Shown piece after piece: positions 51,589-59,749 of a stretch of 64,000 bases of DNA. Position numbers and translations under genes: made by a program. Source of the DNA: a virus (Duplodnaviria; Caudoviricetes); the IMG/VR virus record IMGVR_UViG_3300042900_000746, positions 32,001 through 96,000 of that record; one strand, 5' to 3'. How positions within the stretch are numbered: the first letter of the stretch is position 1; each line of letters opens with the position of its first letter. Below the pieces are notes generated by a model. That model saw nothing but the letters and a program-made list of their open reading frames with translations, was not told where the DNA came from and ran no database searches.

Positions 51589-51617
51589 ATAATATCATAA
51601 AATTACTTTTTTTTCAA
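51589..51617 (-). promoter_or_regulatory. Sigma70/SigA-like promoter TTGAAA-N17-TATTAT with extended -10 TG
   Basis: Minus strand TTGAAA at 51617-51612, a 17-nt spacer ending in TGA, and TATTAT at 51594-51589, about 31 nt before ATG 51557. Confidence 0.6.
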
Positions 51618-51633
51618 TTATAAATCACTAAAA

Positions 51634-52599
51634 TTAAAAGCTCCAGCTAGTACTTGGATCTCGCAACAACTGATCAAATGTTGTTGAATCAGGATCAATA
51701 TTAGATGGCGCATCAGAATCTGAAGTATTATTTGCAGACATTCCTTTTATAAAATCAAGCTTTGCTTCAGTAAAATAATAATCTCTAGCTATGAATTGGT
51801 AACTTTCACCAATTGCCATTCCTCCTGGGCTATAGGTTGTTGACATATTCATTAGATTAACTTGCTGAAGTATTGTTTTCATTGGACTTACTTTATTGTC
51901 CATTTTAATAGTTCTTTGATTAACGTCAAAAGACATTTGATTGTTTAAATAACTAGAAGTACTTGTATCTTCAGAAGTATTAGCACTAAATGGACTTAAT
52001 GCTGTTTCTTCTAGTCCGTACAAGATAACAAAATTGAATGGTGGATGGGCGCTGAATATATTGGTAGTGTCATATCCAGAAACTGCCGGGTCAGAAGTTA
52101 TTCTATCCAATTGACTATAGGCCCAAAATTTTTCTATATTACTTTCATCGCTTGAAGAAAGTTGTGAATCTAATCGTGAAACAATTGTGTCTTTTGGTGT
52201 CCTAACATCTTTATTCATCACTCGAGATTTTGCTGCTTTTTCTAGAAGCTCTGTCATTCTGCGCGGATACCTGGTAAATATGCTTATTTCACCACTAATG
52301 ATTCTTGAACCAAGCATGACAGTATCATAATTATATGACCAGAATCCGTAAACAGGTTGCTTTTCCTGCCTAACGGAATAGGAAAAGGAAGCAATATCTA
52401 ATTCATCTTCCGGGCCAAAAAGACCATCAATGTAAACTCTTACATCTTCTCCACTGAAGTAGTAATCATAATAATTATTAAAAGTTTTGTCAGTGTCTGG
52501 TGCTCTACCTGCGTAGACTCTATCTATATGATTTGATAAAGGATCGTATTCTTTATCAAATTTCCAAAACTTTTTATTATCTAATCTTGATTCCGACAT
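51634..52599 (-). CDS. Tail tube-like protein, paralog 3 (probable tube initiator, 321 aa)
   Basis: FSGEDV...SVRQEKQPVYG...ISGEI...PPFNFVI...QFIAR, collinear with the major tube protein motifs. Confidence 0.7.
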   Translation of the reverse strand: MSESRLDNKKFWKFDKEYDPLSNHIDRVYAGRAPDTDKTFNNYYDYYFSGEDVRVYIDGLFGPEDELDIASFSYSVRQEKQPVYGFWSYNYDTVMLGSRIISGEISIFTRYPRRMTELLEKAAKSRVMNKDVRTPKDTIVSRLDSQLSSSDESNIEKFWAYSQLDRITSDPAVSGYDTTNIFSAHPPFNFVILYGLEETALSPFSANTSEDTSTSSYLNNQMSFDVNQRTIKMDNKVSPMKTILQQVNLMNMSTTYSPGGMAIGESYQFIARDYYFTEAKLDFIKGMSANNTSDSDAPSNIDPDSTTFDQLLRDPSTSWSF

Positions 52600-52628
52600 T
52601 ATTACCTGCTATCTAACGATGTTTTCTA

Positions 52629-53363
52629 TCATATTGGGATGATACGTTCTACCATATTTTGATTATAAAATTCAGATATTTTATCTACAGCTTCGTCACC
52701 AAATATATTTCTAGATATTTGCACATCTCTTTGGGTTACTGCTGGATCTTTCGTTGAGTCTATTTCAGAACTAATATCCATTTTCACCATAGGTTGAATG
52801 CCACGAGCCATATAGGTGTAAGTCTGTTCTGTAATTATGTCCTCAATTGATACTGTTTGACCTTCATCTACTATAGTAATACCAAAGATCTTCATTTTTG
52901 CAGATTGGCCATACTCATTGAAGAAAGAAATTACTATATCAAATGGTGGAAGCATGTCCGCCAGTGGAGCGAAGAAGCCGTTTCTTCTGGCTAGAAGTTC
53001 TCTATATTTTTTAATTTTATAAAATGCATACTCATTAAAAACGGTAAATATTAAGCTTCCAGCTATTGTTCTTCCACCTTTAATGAAGCCTCTTACATTT
53101 ACGTGCCCAAGAGTTCTAACGGGAGAATTTTCTCTATGTATTGAATACGACAATGTTTGCAGTTCGCCCAATTCGATAACGTCACCATCATTAGTGATTT
53201 TTCCGTCTTCACCTATAACTGGGATAATCATTGTTGCTACGGCATCTGCTCCTGAGAATGATATATTCTGAAGACCGGTGTTTGGATTGTAGGTCCCACG
53301 AGGTTCGGTGTCCTGTGGCGGTTCAACAATAATTTTTGGTCTTCCAGTAAAAAGTTCTGTCAT
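52629..53363 (-). CDS. Tail tube-like protein, paralog 2 (244 aa)
   Basis: FSGADAVA...SIHRENSPVR...IAGSLIFTVF...PPFDIVISFFNEYGQSA...TYMARG. Confidence 0.75.
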   Translation of the reverse strand: MTELFTGRPKIIVEPPQDTEPRGTYNPNTGLQNISFSGADAVATMIIPVIGEDGKITNDGDVIELGELQTLSYSIHRENSPVRTLGHVNVRGFIKGGRTIAGSLIFTVFNEYAFYKIKKYRELLARRNGFFAPLADMLPPFDIVISFFNEYGQSAKMKIFGITIVDEGQTVSIEDIITEQTYTYMARGIQPMVKMDISSEIDSTKDPAVTQRDVQISRNIFGDEAVDKISEFYNQNMVERIIPI

Positions 53364-53379
53364 TGTTCCTTGTCCTTAT

Positions 53380-53417
53380 AATGAAATGTGCACGGAGGAA
53401 GATCCCCCGTGCACACC
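53380..53417 (-). terminator. Intrinsic terminator after the major tube gene
   Basis: Minus strand GTGTGCACGGGGGA-TCT-TCCTCCGTGCACAT followed by TTCATT. Confidence 0.7.
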
Positions 53418-53439
53418 TGTCAACCTAAAGTAGTTTCTA

Positions 53440-54117
53440 TTAGGGTCTGATAATATCTGACTTAAGAGCGTTTGACTGAATAAAGTCAAGAGCATCAACG
53501 TCCATATTATCAATGAGACCATCTGTTTTGATTGTGTACATCGGGCCGAGTTCACGAGCAACATAAGTCATTGTTTCTTCAATGACGATGTCATCCATTG
53601 AAGCGCCTGAACCTTCGTTCAAAAGTTCGCAACCATAGATCGATCTAACGGCAGATTGGCCATACTCGTTTACAAATGTGATAGTGATATCAAAAGGAGG
53701 AATCTGGTCAGCGTAGTAAGGAACTTTCTTTACAACACTGAGCGCCTGATCATTGACATCGGCTATTCCGCGATATTTGTAAGATGTATCGCCAGGAAGT
53801 GCGTTATGACTTCTTGTGTAGAAAACCTGTGTCGGATCACCATTCGCACGGTTCTTGTCCAACATTGTATACAACGCTGGGCGATCAAAAACTGTGAAAA
53901 TTAATGAGCCTGCAATACCTCTTTTTCCTCTTGAAAAAGAACGAGGATTAGGTGAACCCATTGTGTAAATGGGAGCTTTTTCTCTAGTGACAGAGAAAGT
54001 AATGCCCGAAAGAGCACCAATTTCAATTCCACCAAAAGTGGCTACAATGTCTGCACCTGAGAAGGTGGTGTAGGTATTTAGGTATTTATTTACTGATGTA
54101 TAATCTTCAGTTGCCAT
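53440..54117 (-). CDS. Major tail tube protein (225 aa)
   Basis: Directly after the sheath gene with a GGAGG RBS and followed by a terminator; FSGADIVA...SVTREKAPIY...IAGSLIFTVF...PPFDITITFVNEYG...TYVAR. Confidence 0.8.
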   Translation of the reverse strand: MATEDYTSVNKYLNTYTTFSGADIVATFGGIEIGALSGITFSVTREKAPIYTMGSPNPRSFSRGKRGIAGSLIFTVFDRPALYTMLDKNRANGDPTQVFYTRSHNALPGDTSYKYRGIADVNDQALSVVKKVPYYADQIPPFDITITFVNEYGQSAVRSIYGCELLNEGSGASMDDIVIEETMTYVARELGPMYTIKTDGLIDNMDVDALDFIQSNALKSDIIRP

Positions 54118-54142
54118 TTTGAATTACCCTCCAATCGGTATA

Positions 54143-55417
54143 TTATAAGTTAATGGCTACCTGGACTTCGATTGTTTTAAGTTCGAAGGCAGGTGTTAAA
54201 ACGAGGTCAACAATCGCTTTATTTTGGTTGGGAACATACGAAACTGTAAAATCGCTTCCCAATAAAGCACCCATGAGCTGCATTCCTCTTAGACCAGAAG
54301 TAATTGCTGTTTCCATCGCATTACGAACTTGAATATTTGATGGCTCACCAATAAACTTCTGGCAAACTTGTCTAATGACAAGAGAAGCTTCGTCAACAAT
54401 TCTCTTTGTTGACAAACGCGTGTAATCTGATGTTGACTGGCCGAATGTCAAGCCTTCACCAAAAACTGCTACTTTATTAAAATTAAGAACAACAGTATTG
54501 ATGCCCTTTGTACTCAAAGCTTGCTGCTGAGTTCTTGTTGGAGCATAACGAAGAGCCTCAACGTTGTAAAGTGGCTTGTTAACTACTGAACTATATGAAG
54601 GAAGTCTACTCATTGAAGCTGCCAAAAAGGCTGCACCATTTGAATAGCCAAATTGTGTTGTTCCTGATGAATAGTTAACTGGCTTGATCTCAGTGGCGAT
54701 AATGGTGACGTACGGTCCGACTGTCTTCCATGCATCTCCAGAATCTCTGTCTGGCAATCCAGACAAGTTAATTTTAGTTGCTATTTGACTTGGAGTCATT
54801 CTTTCGTAAGTAGCAGCTCCGCCTTCAGCTTGACTTACCAAGAAAGGCTTAACGCCCATAACGGCTATGCAAGGGTTTGTGCTTTCTGAAATTTCCTTAG
54901 CCTTAACTGCAACCTTATAGGCCCAGTTTGTTGCATAGGCGGTATTGTTGTCGGCGTGGAAACCAAATTCTCTGTCATCGCTAGGCGTGGCAGTTGCATT
55001 CAGCGACCAGTCATTCGGATCTGAGCCACGGCCCCAAGGGATGATAATATCCGGGACTGCTGATTCTGCTGCAACAAAAGCTGCATCAAAAACAGATCCA
55101 CCAAAGGTTGAACTTGTTACTGTGCAGAGTGAATGATCGAATATTGTATCGCTTGGAAGCGGAACAACGAAAATTCTTTCAGCGCCAGCGGTGACCAACT
55201 CCACAAATGCGCGGTGTGCATCTGATCCGTTGCCAAATGCGGTAATTGCATCAGCTTCGTTTGATACTCTAACTATGTCAAGGTCGGGAACTCCACCAGT
55301 GCCGTCAGCAGTGCTGCGCTTTGCAATGGTTACAATTCTCGGACCAACAGGTGCGTCTTGTCTCGACACACTGTAAAAACGATCTCTTATTAAGGTTGTT
55401 ACTCCAGGTATAGCCAT
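54143..55417 (-). CDS. Tail sheath protein (compact, 424 aa)
   Basis: N-terminal MAIPGVTT; C-terminal LSTKGINTV...YTRLSTKRIVD...KFIGEP...LTPAFELKTIEV sheath signature; GGAGG RBS. Confidence 0.88.
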   Translation of the reverse strand: MAIPGVTTLIRDRFYSVSRQDAPVGPRIVTIAKRSTADGTGGVPDLDIVRVSNEADAITAFGNGSDAHRAFVELVTAGAERIFVVPLPSDTIFDHSLCTVTSSTFGGSVFDAAFVAAESAVPDIIIPWGRGSDPNDWSLNATATPSDDREFGFHADNNTAYATNWAYKVAVKAKEISESTNPCIAVMGVKPFLVSQAEGGAATYERMTPSQIATKINLSGLPDRDSGDAWKTVGPYVTIIATEIKPVNYSSGTTQFGYSNGAAFLAASMSRLPSYSSVVNKPLYNVEALRYAPTRTQQQALSTKGINTVVLNFNKVAVFGEGLTFGQSTSDYTRLSTKRIVDEASLVIRQVCQKFIGEPSNIQVRNAMETAITSGLRGMQLMGALLGSDFTVSYVPNQNKAIVDLVLTPAFELKTIEVQVAINL

Positions 55418-55459
55418 ATTATTTTTAGACCTCCGATTAGGAATCTTTTAGAATCTTCA

Positions 55460-55470
55460 TTTATAGTAAC
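55460..55470 (-). promoter_or_regulatory. Putative late-promoter motif GTTACTATAAA
   Basis: Intergenic TACTAT core about 45 nt upstream of the sheath start. Confidence 0.5.
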
Positions 55471-55530
55471 AGACAAGTTATAAAAACAACTTCACAAACA
55501 TTTTATCTGAAGATAAATATATAGGTTTGA

Positions 55531-56427
55531 CTAGTAATTTGGGCTGGCAGATTGTTGTAAGTCAACTATATTTATAGTGACATCTTCAAAATTTGGTGTC
55601 GCTAATGATTCAACGATACTTCTTTCATATGCCATCCAAGTTCTTGCATCCACTGCGATCTTCTGGATTCTTTCATTCTTAATTGCAAATGTTTTTTCTG
55701 TAGTTAACATATAGGTTACAGTTCTTTTATGCAGGTCTTTTCCATCTCTATTTATTTCAGAATCGGAAAGTCTTCTAGAATACACTAACTCCGAAGCGCC
55801 AGAAGCTTTGAAGACTGGAGTATATTCCAACATAAAATCTTCAAAAGCTTCTATAACTTGATCGGCCAGCACCGATGCATCGAGATCGTCTCTAGTTGTT
55901 GTAATATTATCATTTTGGAATGTTCCCACTTTTGTGAGAACTGAAAATGAAACTATATTTTGAAATTTTTGACCATATACTGTTACAGTATTTTCCAATA
56001 CATTTTGTCTCATTCTAGGCTTTGGCTCTGTAGTATGAGTTTTTCTTAATTCCAAAGAATAAACAATAATTGCTGGAAATTCTTCTAAAGCTGTTAATCC
56101 AGAACTTGATGACGCTGGCGCAGAAGATATTTCACTAACTTGAGTGCTAGATGTCATTGTATCAGAATAGGTACTACTAGTCTCTCTATTGATACCACTA
56201 GGAAGAATGGGTATCGTAGGATAACTTTCTTCCCATATTTTTTTAACTAAACCTATAAATTCGAGATAACTTAGATTGCCAGAATATATTTCTTCTACGC
56301 CATTCTCATCCAGTCTTCGGTAGCCTGGAGATTGGAGTACTGAATCTTTTAGTTGACTAGCCCAAATTGGTTCAGTAAATCTACTTTTTCTTCCGTGAGA
56401 AGGAAAGCCTCTATTTATATATGCCAT
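55531..56427 (-). CDS. Putative tail completion/terminator protein (about 298 aa)
   Basis: Likely ATG 56427 with an AGGAG RBS (ORF track starts at 56463); lies before the sheath gene; FPAIIVY...QNIVSFSV...ADQVIEAFEDFM. Confidence 0.6.
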   Translation of the reverse strand: MAYINRGFPSHGRKSRFTEPIWASQLKDSVLQSPGYRRLDENGVEEIYSGNLSYLEFIGLVKKIWEESYPTIPILPSGINRETSSTYSDTMTSSTQVSEISSAPASSSSGLTALEEFPAIIVYSLELRKTHTTEPKPRMRQNVLENTVTVYGQKFQNIVSFSVLTKVGTFQNDNITTTRDDLDASVLADQVIEAFEDFMLEYTPVFKASGASELVYSRRLSDSEINRDGKDLHKRTVTYMLTTEKTFAIKNERIQKIAVDARTWMAYERSIVESLATPNFEDVTINIVDLQQSASPNY

Positions 56428-56428
56428 A

Positions 56429-58024
56429 TTAAACTCCTGGTCCTGTTGATAAGGCAAAGTCAATTTTCTTTAACCCTAGGGCAGAAAGAACTTCTATGTA
56501 GAATATTATACTTCCAACAGTGGTACTACTTACTTCTACGTTAAAAGAATAACTAACTATAATTTTATCGCTTTTTAAAGATTCTAATAAAGATCTTACA
56601 TCGTCTACTACCTTATCGTATCCTAGTTGACCGATAGCTTTGTACCCATATCCTCTGATTCTGCTTACTAGAAGAGCTACGAGTCTCATTTGTGCCGCTT
56701 TGTGCAGGGTGGATTCTGGATCAGAAAGGGTATACTCATTGGTTAAATAGACTTCAAATGGAACAGATCTTCTAGTCTTTTTTCCTCTATATATAGTATT
56801 GACTCCTATGTCATCTAATCTTTGATATTCAGATTGGGATAAGTCTGATCCATACAATGACATTGCTCCTGGTATTCTTGTTCTAATGAGACCCATATTT
56901 AGTGGTCTTGAGGCGAACATTCCCGCTAGCGATGCTGCTATGGACGAAACGTAAGATGTTTTTATTTGATCGTGCTGGTATACAGCTTCACCATATACTG
57001 GAATGACAAATCTTCCATTATCAGAAGAAATTTGACCAGTCATATTTATTGTAGTTAATTTATCAGTTAGGACAGAATTTGCCTCTAATAAATCAATATC
57101 TGGAGATGTAACGCCACCACTTCTTGATCCTATTATTCCAATTTGGACATAGCCAGTAGTGTTGTGGAAATCAGCGCAATAATCAGCTAACTGGGTTATA
57201 AAATCAACTCCACCTGTTTTAATAATGGAAGTTTCTAGTGGAACAATAATATCAATAAAATCTAAATCTTTAATTATTGAATATGTTTCTTCTAATCTTT
57301 CATAATATTTTTCATAAAAAGTATATTCACTGGGTGTGGCGGCGTTTCTGTCAAATAGAGTATTGGAAATATTTCTGTCAGAATATTTATCCACATATTC
57401 AGACATGGGAGCTGTTGCGCAAATCATAATATCCCTAGCTCCTGCAGCGTATGCATCAAATACACCTCTTAGCAGGGGGCTGGAAAGATCTGCCCCAAGA
57501 AGATCAATAGCACTTTGCATTGACCTAACATTAACGGGGTTATTAAATTCCATTCCATTTGCGTGGCCAATTAATAAAATCGTACTAGTATTATTTGAGT
57601 TTAACTGTTCATAACTTGGCTTATAGTTTACTACGGTACTTTTATTTGGGGAAATAACTATTGGACTTAAAGTCGATACTTCACCTTTAACTTGAAACTT
57701 TGCACTTATGTTTAAATTTCCAGTGGAGTTAGTTGTTTGTGCAATAACAGAATAAATTCCCTCATATAATTTATCTGGAATTTGGTAATAAAAAGTAAAT
57801 TCTTTAGAATTACTTTTTTCAATATAAATAGGTCCTGAAGGATTTTCTTCTTGAATTAAATAAGAATATGGACCATCTATTACTGGACCGCTACCATACT
57901 CTCCTCTAATAACAGAAAAATATATGTCTAATGGTGTTGAATTGGCGGTTGGGTCATATATATTTCCTTCTGAAATAAATATAAATTTAAATTGTACCGA
58001 CTGACCTCTGCTAACTATTAACAT
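56429..58024 (-). CDS. Second sheath-like protein with an N-terminal Ig-like domain (about 531 aa)
   Basis: ILLIGHA...SPLLRGVFDAYAAGARDI...LAGMFAS...LDDIGVNTI...QMRLV...IGQ...LKKIDF is collinear with sheath motifs. Likely ATG 58024 (ORF track starts at 58048). Confidence 0.7.
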   Translation of the reverse strand: MLIVSRGQSVQFKFIFISEGNIYDPTANSTPLDIYFSVIRGEYGSGPVIDGPYSYLIQEENPSGPIYIEKSNSKEFTFYYQIPDKLYEGIYSVIAQTTNSTGNLNISAKFQVKGEVSTLSPIVISPNKSTVVNYKPSYEQLNSNNTSTILLIGHANGMEFNNPVNVRSMQSAIDLLGADLSSPLLRGVFDAYAAGARDIMICATAPMSEYVDKYSDRNISNTLFDRNAATPSEYTFYEKYYERLEETYSIIKDLDFIDIIVPLETSIIKTGGVDFITQLADYCADFHNTTGYVQIGIIGSRSGGVTSPDIDLLEANSVLTDKLTTINMTGQISSDNGRFVIPVYGEAVYQHDQIKTSYVSSIAASLAGMFASRPLNMGLIRTRIPGAMSLYGSDLSQSEYQRLDDIGVNTIYRGKKTRRSVPFEVYLTNEYTLSDPESTLHKAAQMRLVALLVSRIRGYGYKAIGQLGYDKVVDDVRSLLESLKSDKIIVSYSFNVEVSSTTVGSIIFYIEVLSALGLKKIDFALSTGPGV

Positions 58025-58025
58025 A

Positions 58026-58397
58026 TTATTTCTCTCTAGTTGCGCCAACTATCCAATAATTAATCTTACCATGTCTGCCTCTTACTGCAGTGATAGCATC
58101 AATCTTGAACATTGTATAGTTTTTTGTTGCTTTGGCGGAATAATTCTCATATATTCTATCACCCTCTTTAGGGTAAACGATGTCTTCAAAATAATATACT
58201 GCATCATATTTTGTCAAAAGACCTTCATCATATTCTTGTGTTGAATTAGAATTCACGGCCCCCGATTGGCCAACCTGCCTAGTTGTGACTAACTCGAATT
58301 GATTATAATGATTTCCATTTGCAAGTATTCTTTGAATATGAACGTTATGTCCCCATTCTCTAAGAATCTTTTTGAAAGTTTTCTTGACATCAATCAC
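58026..58397 (-). CDS. Head closure/stopper-like neck protein (123 aa)
   Basis: Size, position after the adaptor gene, and the pattern YYFEDIVYPKEGDRIYE...FKID...GKINYW. Confidence 0.6.
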   Translation of the reverse strand: MIDVKKTFKKILREWGHNVHIQRILANGNHYNQFELVTTRQVGQSGAVNSNSTQEYDEGLLTKYDAVYYFEDIVYPKEGDRIYENYSAKATKNYTMFKIDAITAVRGRHGKINYWIVGATREK

Positions 58398-59268
58398 GGC
58401 TTCTCAAACCTCTATTGGGCATAGGGTCATGACTCGCTGGGACAGTTCTTACTACACCATACAAATCTCTATCAGTAAGATGAGCAATTTGTCCACCAGA
58501 ATAAAACGGACCAGCACTTGGTAAGCCTTTCATCTGGAATCCCATTGGACTAACTCTATTTGATAACATTTCTTTTCTAAGAGCTGTGGCAATTTGGCAC
58601 CATGTGGTGGCATTGTCTCTTGTAACTTTATTCCTTGGTATAGACTTATTTGTGAGGCTGAAATCCCCAAGGCTTATAGATATTTCATCATCACTGCCAT
58701 AACCGTATGTTCTACTTAGCTCACACGCTGTAGCAGCTTTAATGTATTCATATACAATAAATGACAGATCACTACCGTCGTCGGTCTCTATGAGACTATA
58801 GATGCCTTTAACCTCATTAGAGAAGTTGTGGGCAATTTCGCCTATTTCTAACATCGTTGCGTCAGGGAAATAAGAGAGTAATTGCTCAGGGTCGATGTAA
58901 AGAGGTGCCACATCTGGGGCAAAAGTAATAGTCTCATCATTTTTGAGAGTTACTGTTGGCTGATATTCTTCTACTGTGGAACTAACGTATAATCTTTGTT
59001 CTATAACTACAGTATTAGAATTAGCTAATATGCCAGTAAACTTAACTGTATATGTATCGGCTATAGTTGGAGTGTAATCAAAGTAAAATATTGAACTAGA
59101 TATTTGGCTAGAAGTATCTGTGACTACAGTTGCATTGGAAGAGTTTTTTATTATTACTTGTGGATTGGCTACAGGAGATAATGCTACTTCATTTCCATTG
59201 GCGTCAATATCTTTAAATTTTACAGTTATTCTAACTGTGTCACTGACTACAACTCTATCTGTTGACAT
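58390..59268 (-). CDS. Head-tail adaptor-like protein with an N-terminal Ig-like domain (292 aa)
   Basis: Beta-sandwich N-terminal half; helical C-terminal half with YIKAATACEL...ISLGDFSL; located in the neck region. Confidence 0.6.
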   Translation of the reverse strand: MSTDRVVVSDTVRITVKFKDIDANGNEVALSPVANPQVIIKNSSNATVVTDTSSQISSSIFYFDYTPTIADTYTVKFTGILANSNTVVIEQRLYVSSTVEEYQPTVTLKNDETITFAPDVAPLYIDPEQLLSYFPDATMLEIGEIAHNFSNEVKGIYSLIETDDGSDLSFIVYEYIKAATACELSRTYGYGSDDEISISLGDFSLTNKSIPRNKVTRDNATTWCQIATALRKEMLSNRVSPMGFQMKGLPSAGPFYSGGQIAHLTDRDLYGVVRTVPASHDPMPNRGLRSRD

Positions 59269-59283
59269 TTTTTACCTCTTGTT

Positions 59284-59736
59284 TTATGCGTTAGATATAA
59301 TAGTAACGTTAATTGTTCCAGCTGAGTTGTCCTCTAGAATAATACTTTCTGCACTGGAAATAGCATAAGCTTCATTCTTATCTATTGATATTGCTATATA
59401 GCCAGAGCTATATATTTCTTCGCTATCCAGACTTGAGATAGCAAAGGCGTCTGCGTTTATTATATCTATCTCCGAAGACCCGTAACCGTCAAACATGGCG
59501 AATGTCATTGAGGATGAAGTTTCTGTATTTTCTAATATTCCACTTGGGGTAAGAACAGAATGACTATCAACAAAAACTAATGTGCTATTTACAGACGGTG
59601 GTGATATGACAATAACGCCTAATACTTTTAGGCCACCAAAATTAGTAGTTATTCCAAAAGACTCAGGAGAAACTACATATACACCACTATAATTAAAATG
59701 AGCTTGGTTATAGGCTATATCTCCATTGTAGAGCAT
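59284..59736 (-). CDS. Hypothetical acidic Ser/Ile-rich structural protein (150 aa)
   Basis: In operon orientation with an AAGGA RBS. Confidence 0.65.
   Translation of the reverse strand: MLYNGDIAYNQAHFNYSGVYVVSPESFGITTNFGGLKVLGVIVISPPSVNSTLVFVDSHSVLTPSGILENTETSSSMTFAMFDGYGSSEIDIINADAFAISSLDSEEIYSSGYIAISIDKNEAYAISSAESIILEDNSAGTINVTIISNA
59298..59307 (-). promoter_or_regulatory. Putative late-promoter motif GTTACTATTA, within the 3' end of the upstream gene
   Basis: TACTAT core about 31 nt upstream of the 59268 start. Confidence 0.4.
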
Positions 59737-59749
59737 CTAAATCCTTTTA

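Noticed and set aside
22446-58024. Interpretation as a bacterial eCIS or tailocin locus
   Set aside because: Capsid, neck, holin and nrdJ genes are contiguous with the tail genes, indicating a complete phage.
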